64,000 bases of DNA from a virus, in the IMG/VR virus record IMGVR_UViG_3300025120_000019; one strand, given 5' to 3'. The stretch's first letter is position 1; each line of letters opens with the position of its first letter. The notes below the pieces were generated by a model. It saw only the letters and a program-made list of their open reading frames with translations. It was not told where the DNA came from and made no database searches. Both the position numbers and the translations under genes were made by a program. Below are positions 29,265-39,493 of the stretch, piece after piece.

Positions 29265-30599
29265 ATGAGTAAACTATCCGGATTTTTTGATAACTTTTCA
29301 AGTGCATTAGGAAACCCTAAAGGCAATTTAGGTGACTATGCCCATGCGAGTGCTTTATATGTACGTAATAATTTACGTCTTACTCCAAAACAAAAATTCC
29401 TATATCATGTAGTATTTGATATTAATCAAATAGCATTAGCATCGTTAGGACAAGCGGTAGGTCAACTTTTAAACAAGAAAGAAGTAAATTTACTGGTTAG
29501 AAGTATTGATATGCCTGGATATAGTATTGATACTGATGTAAAAAATCAATATAATAGAAAAAAGATTGTTCAAACAAAACTTAGATATGACCCTGTATCT
29601 GTTGTATTCCATGATGATCAAGCAGGACTAACAACATTGTTATGGGAAACATATTTTAGGTATTATTATCAAGATCCAAATTATGCTAGAAAAAATGCTA
29701 TCGGCCAACCTGATACAACTGTTCCGTTGCCTTTTATAAATAATCCTGATAATACATATGGGTCAGAGTTACGTAATAGTTATAGATATGGACTAGATAA
29801 AACTAGACCTTCTGCACCTTTCTTCAATTCAATTACAATTAATCAATTACATGGAAATAGTGGAGTAAGTAATTTTACTAGCTACACATTAATAAATCCA
29901 ATAATAACAAGTTTAAGACATGATAATTTAGAACAAGGCGCCAGTCAGTTTACAGAAAATCAAATGCAAGTTGAATACGAATCTGTAATGTATGGTAGAG
30001 GACTAACCACTGTAGATAATCCAGCAGGATTTGCAGATCCTTCTCATTATGATGTTGGAAAAAGTCCACTTTCAGTTGAAGGAGGAGGTGTGTCTAATAT
30101 ATTTGGTGACGGCGGAATACTTAGCGGTATAACATCGGTATTCAAAGATATAGAAAATCAAAATGTAGATTTACAAACTATTCTTACAGGATATAATACT
30201 TTACAAAATATAGAAAACTATTCTGATCAAGCAAAAGAAGCAGAAAAAAATAATATAATAGACGGAGCATTAGTAGCTGTTTCAACAATAGCTTTAAATG
30301 GATTAGTTAATAACCTTTTTCCACAACAATCTAATACACAAGCATTTACGCAAACAAGTACACTGCAAGATAATAATAATACAATTTTTAATTTACCAAG
30401 ACAAGATGCTTTAAATGTATTAGCAAATAACCAACAAGCAAGAGATGATTTTGCATTTAAAAATGCATATAGTAATAATCAACAATCTGGCAATTTAAAT
30501 GACAGAAAAGGTGCATGGAATAACTTGAGTAGATCCCAAAAAGATGCATTTGGAACATTAGCAATAGACAACTTTGATAACATAAGGAATTCACAATGA
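29265..30599 (+). CDS. Tail tube-like / baseplate-tube junction protein (gp19/gp48/gp54 fold)
   Basis: LVRSIDMPG...QYNRK...YDPVSVVFHDD, YTLINPII, VEYE tube-fold pattern; synteny. Confidence 0.55.
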   Translation: MSKLSGFFDNFSSALGNPKGNLGDYAHASALYVRNNLRLTPKQKFLYHVVFDINQIALASLGQAVGQLLNKKEVNLLVRSIDMPGYSIDTDVKNQYNRKKIVQTKLRYDPVSVVFHDDQAGLTTLLWETYFRYYYQDPNYARKNAIGQPDTTVPLPFINNPDNTYGSELRNSYRYGLDKTRPSAPFFNSITINQLHGNSGVSNFTSYTLINPIITSLRHDNLEQGASQFTENQMQVEYESVMYGRGLTTVDNPAGFADPSHYDVGKSPLSVEGGGVSNIFGDGGILSGITSVFKDIENQNVDLQTILTGYNTLQNIENYSDQAKEAEKNNIIDGALVAVSTIALNGLVNNLFPQQSNTQAFTQTSTLQDNNNTIFNLPRQDALNVLANNQQARDDFAFKNAYSNNQQSGNLNDRKGAWNNLSRSQKDAFGTLAIDNFDNIRNSQ

Positions 30600-30964
30600 C
30601 AGATGTTACTAGTACCCTAGCAAATACTGATAGTGCAGGAGAAGTTAAAGAATTTTATAATAAGTACTTTTCTAAACAAGTAAATTTTACATCAAACGAA
30701 GTAGACAGTTGTGTAGGATTTTTTGAAAAAAGAGGATTTGGAAAATCTAGTGCCGTATCAACTAGTGTGGCTATACTACAACAGGCTAAGTTAGAAGGCA
30801 CTCCAGTATATACTATTCTTGACACTCTCCGTGGATTGGATGAAGTTCAATTAAGTAGATTAGTTACTACTATACTTAATGTAAATAGAAGTAAATCAAG
30901 TCAATTAGGTTTTAAAGTAGAACCTCAAAATCCTAGCAAAGAACAAAGAAATATTTTATTATAA
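30596..30964 (+). CDS. Hypothetical protein (virion module)
   Basis: ORF coupled to neighbours by ATGA and TAATG overlaps. Confidence 0.6.
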   Translation: MTDVTSTLANTDSAGEVKEFYNKYFSKQVNFTSNEVDSCVGFFEKRGFGKSSAVSTSVAILQQAKLEGTPVYTILDTLRGLDEVQLSRLVTTILNVNRSKSSQLGFKVEPQNPSKEQRNILL

Positions 30965-31398
30965 TGGCAAGGTTTGCTCAAGGAAAGTATACACTGAAAA
31001 ACCCTGACAAATATGTAGGTGGACGTTCCCCTACATATAGAAGTAGTTGGGAATGGGCGTTTATGCGTATGTGTGATAACAATCCTAATATATCTAAATG
31101 GGCAAGTGAATCAATTAAAATACCATATAGAAATCCATTTACTGGAAAATATACAGTTTATGTTCCTGATTTTTTTGTTGTTTATAACGATAAAAATGGA
31201 TCTCAAAAAGTTGAACTTATAGAAGTTAAACCAGCTAACCAAACTGATTTAAAGAAAATAGGTAACAGCCAACATAATAAAGCACATTATGTTTTAAACC
31301 AAGCAAAATGGTCTGCGGCTAGGGCATACAGTAAACAAAAAGGTATATTCTTTAGAGTTATAAATGAAGGAGATATTTTCCATCAAGGCAAACGTTGA
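30964..31398 (+). CDS. Head completion nuclease (T4 gp4-like, TnsA-like PD-(D/E)xK)
   Basis: NPDKYVG, YRSSWE, WASE..IPY, YVPDF, IEVKP, NQAKW.AA. Confidence 0.9.
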   Translation: MARFAQGKYTLKNPDKYVGGRSPTYRSSWEWAFMRMCDNNPNISKWASESIKIPYRNPFTGKYTVYVPDFFVVYNDKNGSQKVELIEVKPANQTDLKKIGNSQHNKAHYVLNQAKWSAARAYSKQKGIFFRVINEGDIFHQGKR

Positions 31399-32021
31399 TG
31401 ATAATATATTGTGCGGCTGATCCTGTATACTTTGATCTTTATTTTGATTTATGGAATAAGCAATTAAATAAATTTTATAATAATGATAAAGTAATTGCTT
31501 TATATAAACCAAGCAAAAGCTCATTACAAAAATGTAAAGATTACAAAGTAGAAAGTATAGATGTTACACATTTGCTTCCATCTAATCCAAAACGTGAACA
31601 TTTCTATTTAATGCGTTGGCTAGGTTTACCCTACTACAAAAAAGTAAATATACTTTGTACACAAATAAATTGTTTAGCAGTTAAGAAACAAAATTTTCCT
31701 AAAATTACTGTAGAACAGTGGCGTATACAAAGACAAAAAAGAGGATACTTAGGAGGAGTGTCAGCAAGTATATTCACATCTAACGCCTCACAAAAAGTTG
31801 TAGAAAAAGCAAAAATAATGTTGACCAATCCACCTACAACAGATCACCTAATGAATATTTGGCAAATAGAAAATCTAACACAATATCAACACAAAAGTGA
31901 ACAGCAACTTAAAACAGAAAACAAACAAGAATTAAAAGATTATACACATTGGATCACTGCTGGAACTAGTGCAGTGTATACAGCCCAACAAAAAATAAAT
32001 GCACTGCTGAATAATATTTGA
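31398..32021 (+). CDS. Hypothetical protein, possibly a divergent glycosyltransferase-like protein
   Basis: IIYCAADPVYF N-terminus resembles GT-A starts; no clear DxD. Confidence 0.4.
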   Translation: MIIYCAADPVYFDLYFDLWNKQLNKFYNNDKVIALYKPSKSSLQKCKDYKVESIDVTHLLPSNPKREHFYLMRWLGLPYYKKVNILCTQINCLAVKKQNFPKITVEQWRIQRQKRGYLGGVSASIFTSNASQKVVEKAKIMLTNPPTTDHLMNIWQIENLTQYQHKSEQQLKTENKQELKDYTHWITAGTSAVYTAQQKINALLNNI

Positions 32022-32054
32022 CTAAATAATACTAGTATATAATGGATTACTTTT

Positions 32055-32540
32055 ATGACAAAAAAACTTGAAGACCTTTTAAATATTGCTGATACAGATA
32101 CAACTAATACACCAGATAAAAAGGCAGAAACAGCAATTACAGAACAAAGCGACACGTTTCGTGACATAGCAGAGTTTGACAAAATTGCTAGTGCATTACC
32201 AGCTGTTAAAGGTTTAGGTCAAATGGCCGATGATGAATTAAATGAAGTAGCAGGAAAAGCCATGCAAGCTTATGATGATTTAATGGACTTAGGTATGAAT
32301 GTAGAAAGTCGTTATAGTGGAAGAGTTTTTGAAGTAGCAGGTAATATGCTTAAAACTACGTTAGATGCAAAAGTTGCGAAAATAGATAAAAAATTAAAAA
32401 TGATTGATTTGCAATTAAAAAAGGAAAAACTAGATAAAGATAGTGGAACATCTGAAGGAATAGTAAGTGGCGAAGGATATGTAGTCACTGATAGAAATAG
32501 TCTATTAGAAAGACTAAAAGGCCTTGATAAAGATAAATAA
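32055..32540 (+). CDS. Probable terminase small subunit (gp16-like)
   Basis: Helical; RVFEVAGNMLK resembles the gp16 R.yEV motif; upstream of large terminase; late promoter at 32023-32028. Confidence 0.6.
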   Translation: MTKKLEDLLNIADTDTTNTPDKKAETAITEQSDTFRDIAEFDKIASALPAVKGLGQMADDELNEVAGKAMQAYDDLMDLGMNVESRYSGRVFEVAGNMLKTTLDAKVAKIDKKLKMIDLQLKKEKLDKDSGTSEGIVSGEGYVVTDRNSLLERLKGLDKDK

Positions 32541-32567
32541 TACTATACATTAAATTAGGATGTTATA

Positions 32568-33128
32568 ATGAAAGAATTTGCTGATTATTTACAAGAGTCT
32601 AAAAAGACTTATGATTTTAAAATTGGAATAGCGGGTAATTTGCCTGATAATTGTGAAGATATGATAGAAAGATGCTTGCAGAAATTTGGTTGTACAAAAA
32701 TGTCAGCAGGTAAAAAGACACCAATACAAGAACGTCCGTTAGATTTTCCACAGTTAGAAAATACAGAAGTACACTATTATGAAGTAACCTGTACATATCC
32801 AACCACTGTACAAGTATTACAAGAATATATTGGATCATGCTGTGATGTACCACAGAGTCATATTATTGTACGTAATCCAAATGAACCTCAAGAATTATAT
32901 CAGCAAGAAAAATCTGAAGAGGAATATACTGCAAAACTAACCCAGGAAGACATGGGCGGAGAATCAGCACAACAAGACTCAGGTGTTAATAGAGTTATGG
33001 ACTTGTTAAAAGAATTAGAAACTGCACGTAAAGAAAGAGATAACGACCCGTTAGATGGTGCTCCGCAAGGAGAAAGCAAAGACATTGGTGATGTAGAAAA
33101 TACAAAAAGCACCATTGCAGGAGCATGA
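32568..33128 (+). CDS. Hypothetical head-associated protein
   Basis: MKEFADYLQESKK start resembles T4 capsid-targeting sequences; late promoter at 32534-32539. Confidence 0.55.
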   Translation: MKEFADYLQESKKTYDFKIGIAGNLPDNCEDMIERCLQKFGCTKMSAGKKTPIQERPLDFPQLENTEVHYYEVTCTYPTTVQVLQEYIGSCCDVPQSHIIVRNPNEPQELYQQEKSEEEYTAKLTQEDMGGESAQQDSGVNRVMDLLKELETARKERDNDPLDGAPQGESKDIGDVENTKSTIAGA

Positions 33129-33129
33129 T

Positions 33130-34152
33130 ATGAGAATAAAAGAAATTAATGAAAAGTCTAAAGGCTTATACTACAACGTAAACAAGCGTAAGAAAGCCGG
33201 CACAAGTAGAGATGCTGATCACCCAGATGCTCCTTCAAGCCAAGACTGGAAAAATGCCGCAAAGACAGCTAAAAAAGAAGCAATCGTAAGCGAAGCTGTA
33301 CCAACAACATTTATTCCAACACACTATGGAGGACCTGGTGGTGGCAATATGATTATGCACGCCCCTGATGGTAATCTTTACTTTCAAAAACCAAAAACTG
33401 GACGCGACGGAATGGCTGTCGGCGGTAAAGAAATAGTTAGATGGAATGGTAATCCTTCCGGCGAAGGATTTTTTGGTAAATGGAACCCAGCAACAATAAA
33501 AGGTATTGTTAAAGGCGGAAGAAAAATTTCTTATCGTCAAGGAGAAAACTTTAAGAATGCACCTTCTAATCAAGTAGGCAAAGCACCAGCACAAAGTTGG
33601 AAAAACCCAGATGCAAAACCAGCAGGAAAAGCAGGAACAAGTAACTTACTACGTAAAGGTAGTAGAGGCGCTGAAGTTAAAGCTATACAAGCACAGCTAG
33701 GTATTACCGCTGATGGTATCTTTGGAAGCGGTACTGAAAAAGCAGTAATGGACTTTCAAAAATCTGCAATACTAAAAGGTAAGCCATTAAAAGTTGATGG
33801 TATTGTTGGACCAAATACTAGAGCCGCATTAAAATTGGCTAAAGTAAAACCAAAAGCAAGACCAACAGCTAAAGCTACGCAAGTAGATCCAGATGGAACA
33901 AAAGCATATGTTGATCAAGCACCAGATGCTAAACAGCTTGGATTAGTAAAACCTAGAGATTTAGATGCTATAGATGCTGAAAGAGAGAAACAAGCACAAA
34001 AAGGCATTACAGATCCAGCCGCAAGAAGAGCCGCAGGATTAGCAGAACCAAATCCAAATAGACCAAAAGGTAGTACTGCACCTAGTAGACTAAGATTGCG
34101 TCAACGAGTGTTACCAGATGTTGACAGTTGGTTAAGTAAGTACGGGAGCTAA
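33130..34152 (+). CDS. Modular protein with peptidoglycan-binding (PG_binding_1) domain; start refined to ATG 33130
   Basis: LRKGSRGAEVKAIQAQLG..ADGIFGSGTEKAV..FQ...DGIVGPNT; GGAG SD. Confidence 0.75.
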   Translation: MRIKEINEKSKGLYYNVNKRKKAGTSRDADHPDAPSSQDWKNAAKTAKKEAIVSEAVPTTFIPTHYGGPGGGNMIMHAPDGNLYFQKPKTGRDGMAVGGKEIVRWNGNPSGEGFFGKWNPATIKGIVKGGRKISYRQGENFKNAPSNQVGKAPAQSWKNPDAKPAGKAGTSNLLRKGSRGAEVKAIQAQLGITADGIFGSGTEKAVMDFQKSAILKGKPLKVDGIVGPNTRAALKLAKVKPKARPTAKATQVDPDGTKAYVDQAPDAKQLGLVKPRDLDAIDAEREKQAQKGITDPAARRAAGLAEPNPNRPKGSTAPSRLRLRQRVLPDVDSWLSKYGS

Positions 34153-34153
34153 T

Positions 34154-35746
34154 ATGATAATTAAAGAAATCGCAATTAAAGAAAGCTTGCCAAAAGAGCA
34201 AATAGATGCGGCAAAACAAATGATTCAAACATTAAAAAATGCTTTGAAAATGTACCCCGACGATAAAGAACTAGGTGCTGAAATGCAAAAAAGAATTGAC
34301 GCCTTAGAAAAAGCTATCAGTGGAAATAAAGACAAAGACAAAGGTGGATTAGACGCCGCACCAAAGGCCGCACCAAAAGCCAAATGGAAAGCAGTTGTTC
34401 CTCAACCAAACGGGTATGGTCGTGAACAAGGTAAAGCAATTATTACAAATGGTAGTAAATATGCTAAAATTGGTTTAACAAAACATAAAGGCAATTCCTC
34501 AGGACCTGGACAAGCTGATTTCGAACATTACAAAGGTAATAATGTGCAGTACGATCCAAAAAATAATAAACTTGGTTTGCAAATGATGAATGCGTTACGC
34601 CTTAATGTTAATAATGTTGATTTAAGTGGACTTGATCAGAATTATTCAAAAATGACAGGTCCAGATGGCAATAACGAACTACCAACAGGACCAGGCGGTG
34701 ACGAAGCACTACCAAAGAGTGAACCACAAGGCGATGGTGCTGGACAAGATAATAGCCCAAATACTGATGCTGAAAAAGATCAAGAACAAACAAGCGATAT
34801 AAATCATTCTTCGATTGCACAAGTGTTGTATGATGCAGTAGACGGAATAGGCACAACAGAAGCCGATATAATTTCGTCAATTGAACAAATACAAACACAA
34901 GCAGATTGGAATCAAGTCAGCGAAGCATTTAGAAGAATATTACTAGATGCCGCAACACTTGGTTCTACTAAAAGAAAGATTAGTAGACAATCTGCTCCGC
35001 TATGGACAAGAATTGATAGCGAATTAAATGATGATGATATAAAGCCTGTTATTGATCATTTAGAGGATATGGGCATTGAATGGACTGTAGACACTACAAA
35101 AGCTACATCAAATGCAGAATCAATAAACAATAAGGAGAACACCATGAACGAAACCACAAACGAGTGCGGCATGGAAGGCACAGAAGGCATGGATATGGGC
35201 TCAGATGGAAAAGTTACAATATCCGGATCAGTTGATGATCTAATACGCATGATGCAATTGGCAGGAGCTTCTGGTGCAAAAGAAGTAGGACCAGATGACA
35301 TAAGCCCACGTATGTCAATGGAGCCACAAGGGTCTCCATCTATGGGAGATATGATTCATATGATGTCAACTGAAGATGAAGCAGAAGACTATGATGGTAA
35401 TTTTCCTGATGCGTCAACTGAACCAGATGAAAAATATATGAATAATGTTAGTGCAAGTGTACCAGCTGGTAATGATTTGCACAAAGTTAAAAAGTCATAT
35501 AAAGCAACATCAGGCGGTGATAACCCAATGAATACAGAAGCATCTATAAAAAATACACTGTTGAACGCACTAGCTGAGAAAAAAGCAAAGCCAGACTTTC
35601 CTGATATAGATGGTGATGGTAATACAAAAGAACCAATGAAAAAAGCCGCAAAAGAAAAAGGCGACAAAAAAAGTTCAAAAGGTCTAAGTGCAAAACAAAA
35701 GAAATTACCAGCAGGCTTGCAGAAAGCTATTGCAGGCAAAAAGTAA
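34154..35746 (+). CDS. Modular low-complexity protein with annexin-like repeat and DxDxDG motif
   Basis: AQVLYDAVDGIGTTEADII...LWTRIDSEL; PDFPDIDGDGNTKEPMKKAAK; internal AAGGAG+ATG at 35144. Confidence 0.65.
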   Translation: MIIKEIAIKESLPKEQIDAAKQMIQTLKNALKMYPDDKELGAEMQKRIDALEKAISGNKDKDKGGLDAAPKAAPKAKWKAVVPQPNGYGREQGKAIITNGSKYAKIGLTKHKGNSSGPGQADFEHYKGNNVQYDPKNNKLGLQMMNALRLNVNNVDLSGLDQNYSKMTGPDGNNELPTGPGGDEALPKSEPQGDGAGQDNSPNTDAEKDQEQTSDINHSSIAQVLYDAVDGIGTTEADIISSIEQIQTQADWNQVSEAFRRILLDAATLGSTKRKISRQSAPLWTRIDSELNDDDIKPVIDHLEDMGIEWTVDTTKATSNAESINNKENTMNETTNECGMEGTEGMDMGSDGKVTISGSVDDLIRMMQLAGASGAKEVGPDDISPRMSMEPQGSPSMGDMIHMMSTEDEAEDYDGNFPDASTEPDEKYMNNVSASVPAGNDLHKVKKSYKATSGGDNPMNTEASIKNTLLNALAEKKAKPDFPDIDGDGNTKEPMKKAAKEKGDKKSSKGLSAKQKKLPAGLQKAIAGKK

Positions 35747-35773
35747 CTAGTTAATCAATAATCCCCCAGACTC

Positions 35774-35800
35774 AATAGCACTTACGGGTGCTATTTTTTT
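35774..35800 (+). terminator. Intrinsic terminator
   Basis: aatagcac-ttacgg-gtgctatt stem-loop followed by a T run. Confidence 0.85.
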
Positions 35801-35814
35801 GACTAAGTATTACT

Positions 35815-37401
35815 ATGAGTAAAAGTTTAGATGGTGTTTTAACCAAAAAAGCAAATCAGCAAGAAACATATACAAATGATCAAGTAGAAGATTTGATGAA
35901 GTGTATGGATCCTGAAACAGGCTATGTTTATTTTGCAAGTAAGTTTGCCTATATTCAACATCCTGTCGAGGGTAAACTATTATTTGATTCGTATGAATAC
36001 CAAGATAGACTTATGCAAAGCTATCATAATCATAGGTTTAACATTAATATGATGCCAAGGCAAACAGGTAAAACAACTTGTGCCGCAATATATTTGTGTT
36101 GGTATGCTATGTTTAATCCTGATCAAACTATTCTAATTGCCGCACACAAATATACAGGTGCCCAAGAAATTATGGCACGTATCAGATATGTATATGAACT
36201 TTGTCCTGATTATATAAGAGCAGGCGTAACCAGTTATAACAAAGGATCTGTTGAGTTTGAAAATGGATCAAGGATTATAAGTCAAACAACAACAGGAACA
36301 ACAGGACGTGGTTTATCTATTTCATTATTATACTGTGACGAGTTTGCGTTTGTTATGCCTAATATTGCTGAAGAATTTTGGACTTCTATATCACCAACTC
36401 TAGCAACAGGTGGTCGAGCAATTATTACAAGTACACCAAATTCAGATGAAGATACATTTGCAACTATTTGGAAACAAGCTGAACAAAAGTTTGATGAAAA
36501 TGGAAATGAGCGTGATGTAGGAATTAACGGATTTCATAGTTTTAGAAGCTATTGGGATGAACATCCGGATAGAGATGAAAAATGGAAAGTTGATGAACTA
36601 GGGCGTATAGGTGAAGAAAAATTTAGAAGAGAATACGGTTGTGAATTTTTAGTATTTGATGAAACTTTAATTAACAGCTTAAAACTTGCACAAATGGAAG
36701 GTGTAATACCTAAAATGAATATGGGTCAAGTACGTTGGTATAAAACTCCTGATCCAGACAAAAGTTATACAGTAGCATTAGATCCATCTATGGGTACAGG
36801 AGGAGACTTTGCGGCTATACAAGTAGTAGAACTTCCTACATACGAACAAGTTGCCGAATGGCAACATAATGTTACAGGTATCCCCGGGCAAATACGTGTA
36901 ATGAAAGATATTTGCACATATATAGCAGAAACTTGTAGAAACGAAGGTGCAAATATTTACTGGAGTGTAGAAAATAATGGTATTGGAGAAGCGGCATTAA
37001 TTGTTATACAGGATTTTGGGGAAGAAAATATACCAGGACTTTTTATTAGTGAACCTATTAGAAAAGGCCATGTGAGGAAGTTTCGAAAAGGATTTAATAC
37101 TACACATGGAAGCAAAACAAGTTCTTGTGCAAGATTAAAAACAATGGTTGAGAATGATAAATTAATTATCCGAAGTAAACCATTAGTAAGTGAATTAAAA
37201 GCATTTGTATCAATAGGTAGTTCATTCAAAGCAAAGCCTGGCGCTACTGATGACTTAGTTAGTGCGTTGATATTAACTCTACGGATTATAACTGTTATGA
37301 GAGATTGGAACCCAGATGTGTATAATACATTTACACAAGCCGAGGAAATAGGCGATTACGAAACTCCAATGCCAATCTTTGTATCTAGCAATTATGGATA
37401 A
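35815..37401 (+). CDS. Terminase large subunit (T4 gp17-like)
   Basis: YQ adenine motif, PRQTGKTT Walker A, LLYCDEFAF Walker B, ITSTP, FRREYGCEF, ALDPSMGTGGD nuclease, DDLV. Confidence 0.95.
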   Translation: MSKSLDGVLTKKANQQETYTNDQVEDLMKCMDPETGYVYFASKFAYIQHPVEGKLLFDSYEYQDRLMQSYHNHRFNINMMPRQTGKTTCAAIYLCWYAMFNPDQTILIAAHKYTGAQEIMARIRYVYELCPDYIRAGVTSYNKGSVEFENGSRIISQTTTGTTGRGLSISLLYCDEFAFVMPNIAEEFWTSISPTLATGGRAIITSTPNSDEDTFATIWKQAEQKFDENGNERDVGINGFHSFRSYWDEHPDRDEKWKVDELGRIGEEKFRREYGCEFLVFDETLINSLKLAQMEGVIPKMNMGQVRWYKTPDPDKSYTVALDPSMGTGGDFAAIQVVELPTYEQVAEWQHNVTGIPGQIRVMKDICTYIAETCRNEGANIYWSVENNGIGEAALIVIQDFGEENIPGLFISEPIRKGHVRKFRKGFNTTHGSKTSSCARLKTMVENDKLIIRSKPLVSELKAFVSIGSSFKAKPGATDDLVSALILTLRIITVMRDWNPDVYNTFTQAEEIGDYETPMPIFVSSNYG

Positions 37402-37412
37402 ATAATATTAAT

Positions 37413-39452
37413 ATGTTGAATTTAGATTTAATAGCAGAACAACTGTTCAATTCAGTTAAGAGTCGATTTTCTAACCTTGTAATAGGTGACGAAAATGGAG
37501 ACATAACCAACACGCCAAAAGAAGCAAGATTTTTTGACTTTGATTTTGGAGTGCAAGAAAATACCTTAGGTAAAGTAAGTGTTAGCTTAGACGAAGATAG
37601 CGGAGTTACTATAATATACAATAAAGATATAATAGACGAAAACTACGGTATTGGTAAAGATAGTTGGTTTTCATTTTTAAAAGATATGAGACACTTTAGT
37701 AAAAAAAGGTTACTTAAATTTGAAGTAAGAGATGTTAATAGATCAAATTTACAAAAAAGAGACTACAAATTTTTAGCAAATAATCGTCCTGGAGATAATA
37801 CAATGTCAGAATCAAAAATGTATGGAACTCATAAAACAAGTTTCCAAAAAATTGGAAGTGCAAAACTTTCAATAAAACATAATGCATCATTAGGTGAAGA
37901 CGAAAGCCGTAATAAAAAAATAGGCTTTATTTTTATTGAAAATAATGAAGGCGAAAAATTCAAGTATCCTTTTAAACATTTAAGCGGAGCAAGAGCTTTA
38001 GCTATGCACGTTTCAGAAGGCGGAAATCCATATGATGATTTTGGAAAGTATATTACAGGACTTAGTGAAGAACTTTCAAAATTAAGAAAATTTAATCAGT
38101 ATTTAAATCGTAGTACAGTAATGGCAGAAACTTTGCAAGAATATACAGGCATTGTAAAAGACAGAACAGTTTCTATTAAAAAAGAAATACAAAATTTACA
38201 AAAACCAAATTACTATAAAGAAACATTTGAAAGCTTTTCACCAACAAATGTAAAAGATGTACCTGTTGATGTTGCAGAAAATTGGATAGATCAGCTTACT
38301 ATTAAACAATTTAACGAAGAACTTAAAGATGTATTTCCATACATATATAACCTAATAGGCGAAATGCAAACTGTTTCAATTATGCCAGAGGATATTTTAG
38401 ACGAGATAGATGATTCTATATGCGAAGATTGCGGAAATGCTAATTGGTCAGCAGTATCAGAAGAAAAGAAAAAAGGTTCACATGGCAAAGTATGTTGGAA
38501 AGGATATCGTAGAGGAAAAGGCAATAGCTGTCATAAAGTAAACGATTCCAAAAGTTACGATGAAGATTTAGAAAACTTTTTTGAAAAAATGATGGGTCAA
38601 TTTAGTGAAACACAAACCTTATCAGAAAGATACATGACAGGATATAAAAATTATTTTTGTGAAGATTGCGGTTGCCAAATGCACGTAAGACAAGATGATT
38701 GTAATTGTAAACATGATTGTGATGACGAATCAGGTAGCTGGTGGAAGGATAAAAACGGAAACGGTGTTCCTGACATAATGGAAACAGAAGAAGGTAACGC
38801 ATACGGTGACGCTGTAAGAAAAGCAAAGATGAAAGGCGCAACAAAAGGCGACAAGGTTGACCACCCAGATTCAGATGAAGATGATATTGTAATTGAAAAA
38901 GATAAGACACCTATAGGCGAATATATAATGAGTCATTTTGACGTACAGACTGGACAATTTCCAAAAGGCGAAACAGCAGTATTAACAGCAATTGAAAAAG
39001 ATTACGGCGAACAATACGTAAGAAACGCAAGTCGATTCATAGAACGTCTAGGCCATGCATTTGAAACATATAAAATGAGAATGAACGCAGGACTGGAAGA
39101 AGGAAGTTTTGATGACTTTGGTTTGAAAGATTTAGGTAAAGAACTCGATCAAGATAACGACGAGGCTGGATTTAAAGAACCACCTATGTTTGATCAACTA
39201 GGAAAAGTTATAGATAGTCAAAGTAGTCCTAACCCTGTTAAAGCAGTGAAAACTGATGATGGGAAATCTCTTCCAGTTTCTGCACAACAAGCTAGAGTCT
39301 TAAGAATGATGGCAACAGCTCAAAACGTAAAACCAATGGTTAAGAGTAGATTCCTAAAAGACATACAAACATCAAATGGCTTACATGATTTTTTAGATAT
39401 TAAAGATTATCACGAAATGCCTAAAATGTTTATGACAAAATATTTAGGTTAA
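37413..39452 (+). CDS. Modular head-associated protein with Cys-rich inserts
   Basis: Conserved-looking N-terminal core (KYPFKHLSGARA..HVSEGG.PYD) plus CEDCG x2, CWKGY and DKNGNG modules separated by hydrophobic-x-E sites. Confidence 0.55.
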   Translation: MLNLDLIAEQLFNSVKSRFSNLVIGDENGDITNTPKEARFFDFDFGVQENTLGKVSVSLDEDSGVTIIYNKDIIDENYGIGKDSWFSFLKDMRHFSKKRLLKFEVRDVNRSNLQKRDYKFLANNRPGDNTMSESKMYGTHKTSFQKIGSAKLSIKHNASLGEDESRNKKIGFIFIENNEGEKFKYPFKHLSGARALAMHVSEGGNPYDDFGKYITGLSEELSKLRKFNQYLNRSTVMAETLQEYTGIVKDRTVSIKKEIQNLQKPNYYKETFESFSPTNVKDVPVDVAENWIDQLTIKQFNEELKDVFPYIYNLIGEMQTVSIMPEDILDEIDDSICEDCGNANWSAVSEEKKKGSHGKVCWKGYRRGKGNSCHKVNDSKSYDEDLENFFEKMMGQFSETQTLSERYMTGYKNYFCEDCGCQMHVRQDDCNCKHDCDDESGSWWKDKNGNGVPDIMETEEGNAYGDAVRKAKMKGATKGDKVDHPDSDEDDIVIEKDKTPIGEYIMSHFDVQTGQFPKGETAVLTAIEKDYGEQYVRNASRFIERLGHAFETYKMRMNAGLEEGSFDDFGLKDLGKELDQDNDEAGFKEPPMFDQLGKVIDSQSSPNPVKAVKTDDGKSLPVSAQQARVLRMMATAQNVKPMVKSRFLKDIQTSNGLHDFLDIKDYHEMPKMFMTKYLG

Positions 39453-39493
39453 CATATAACTTATTGTTTTTTCAAGAAAAATAAAAAAAACAG

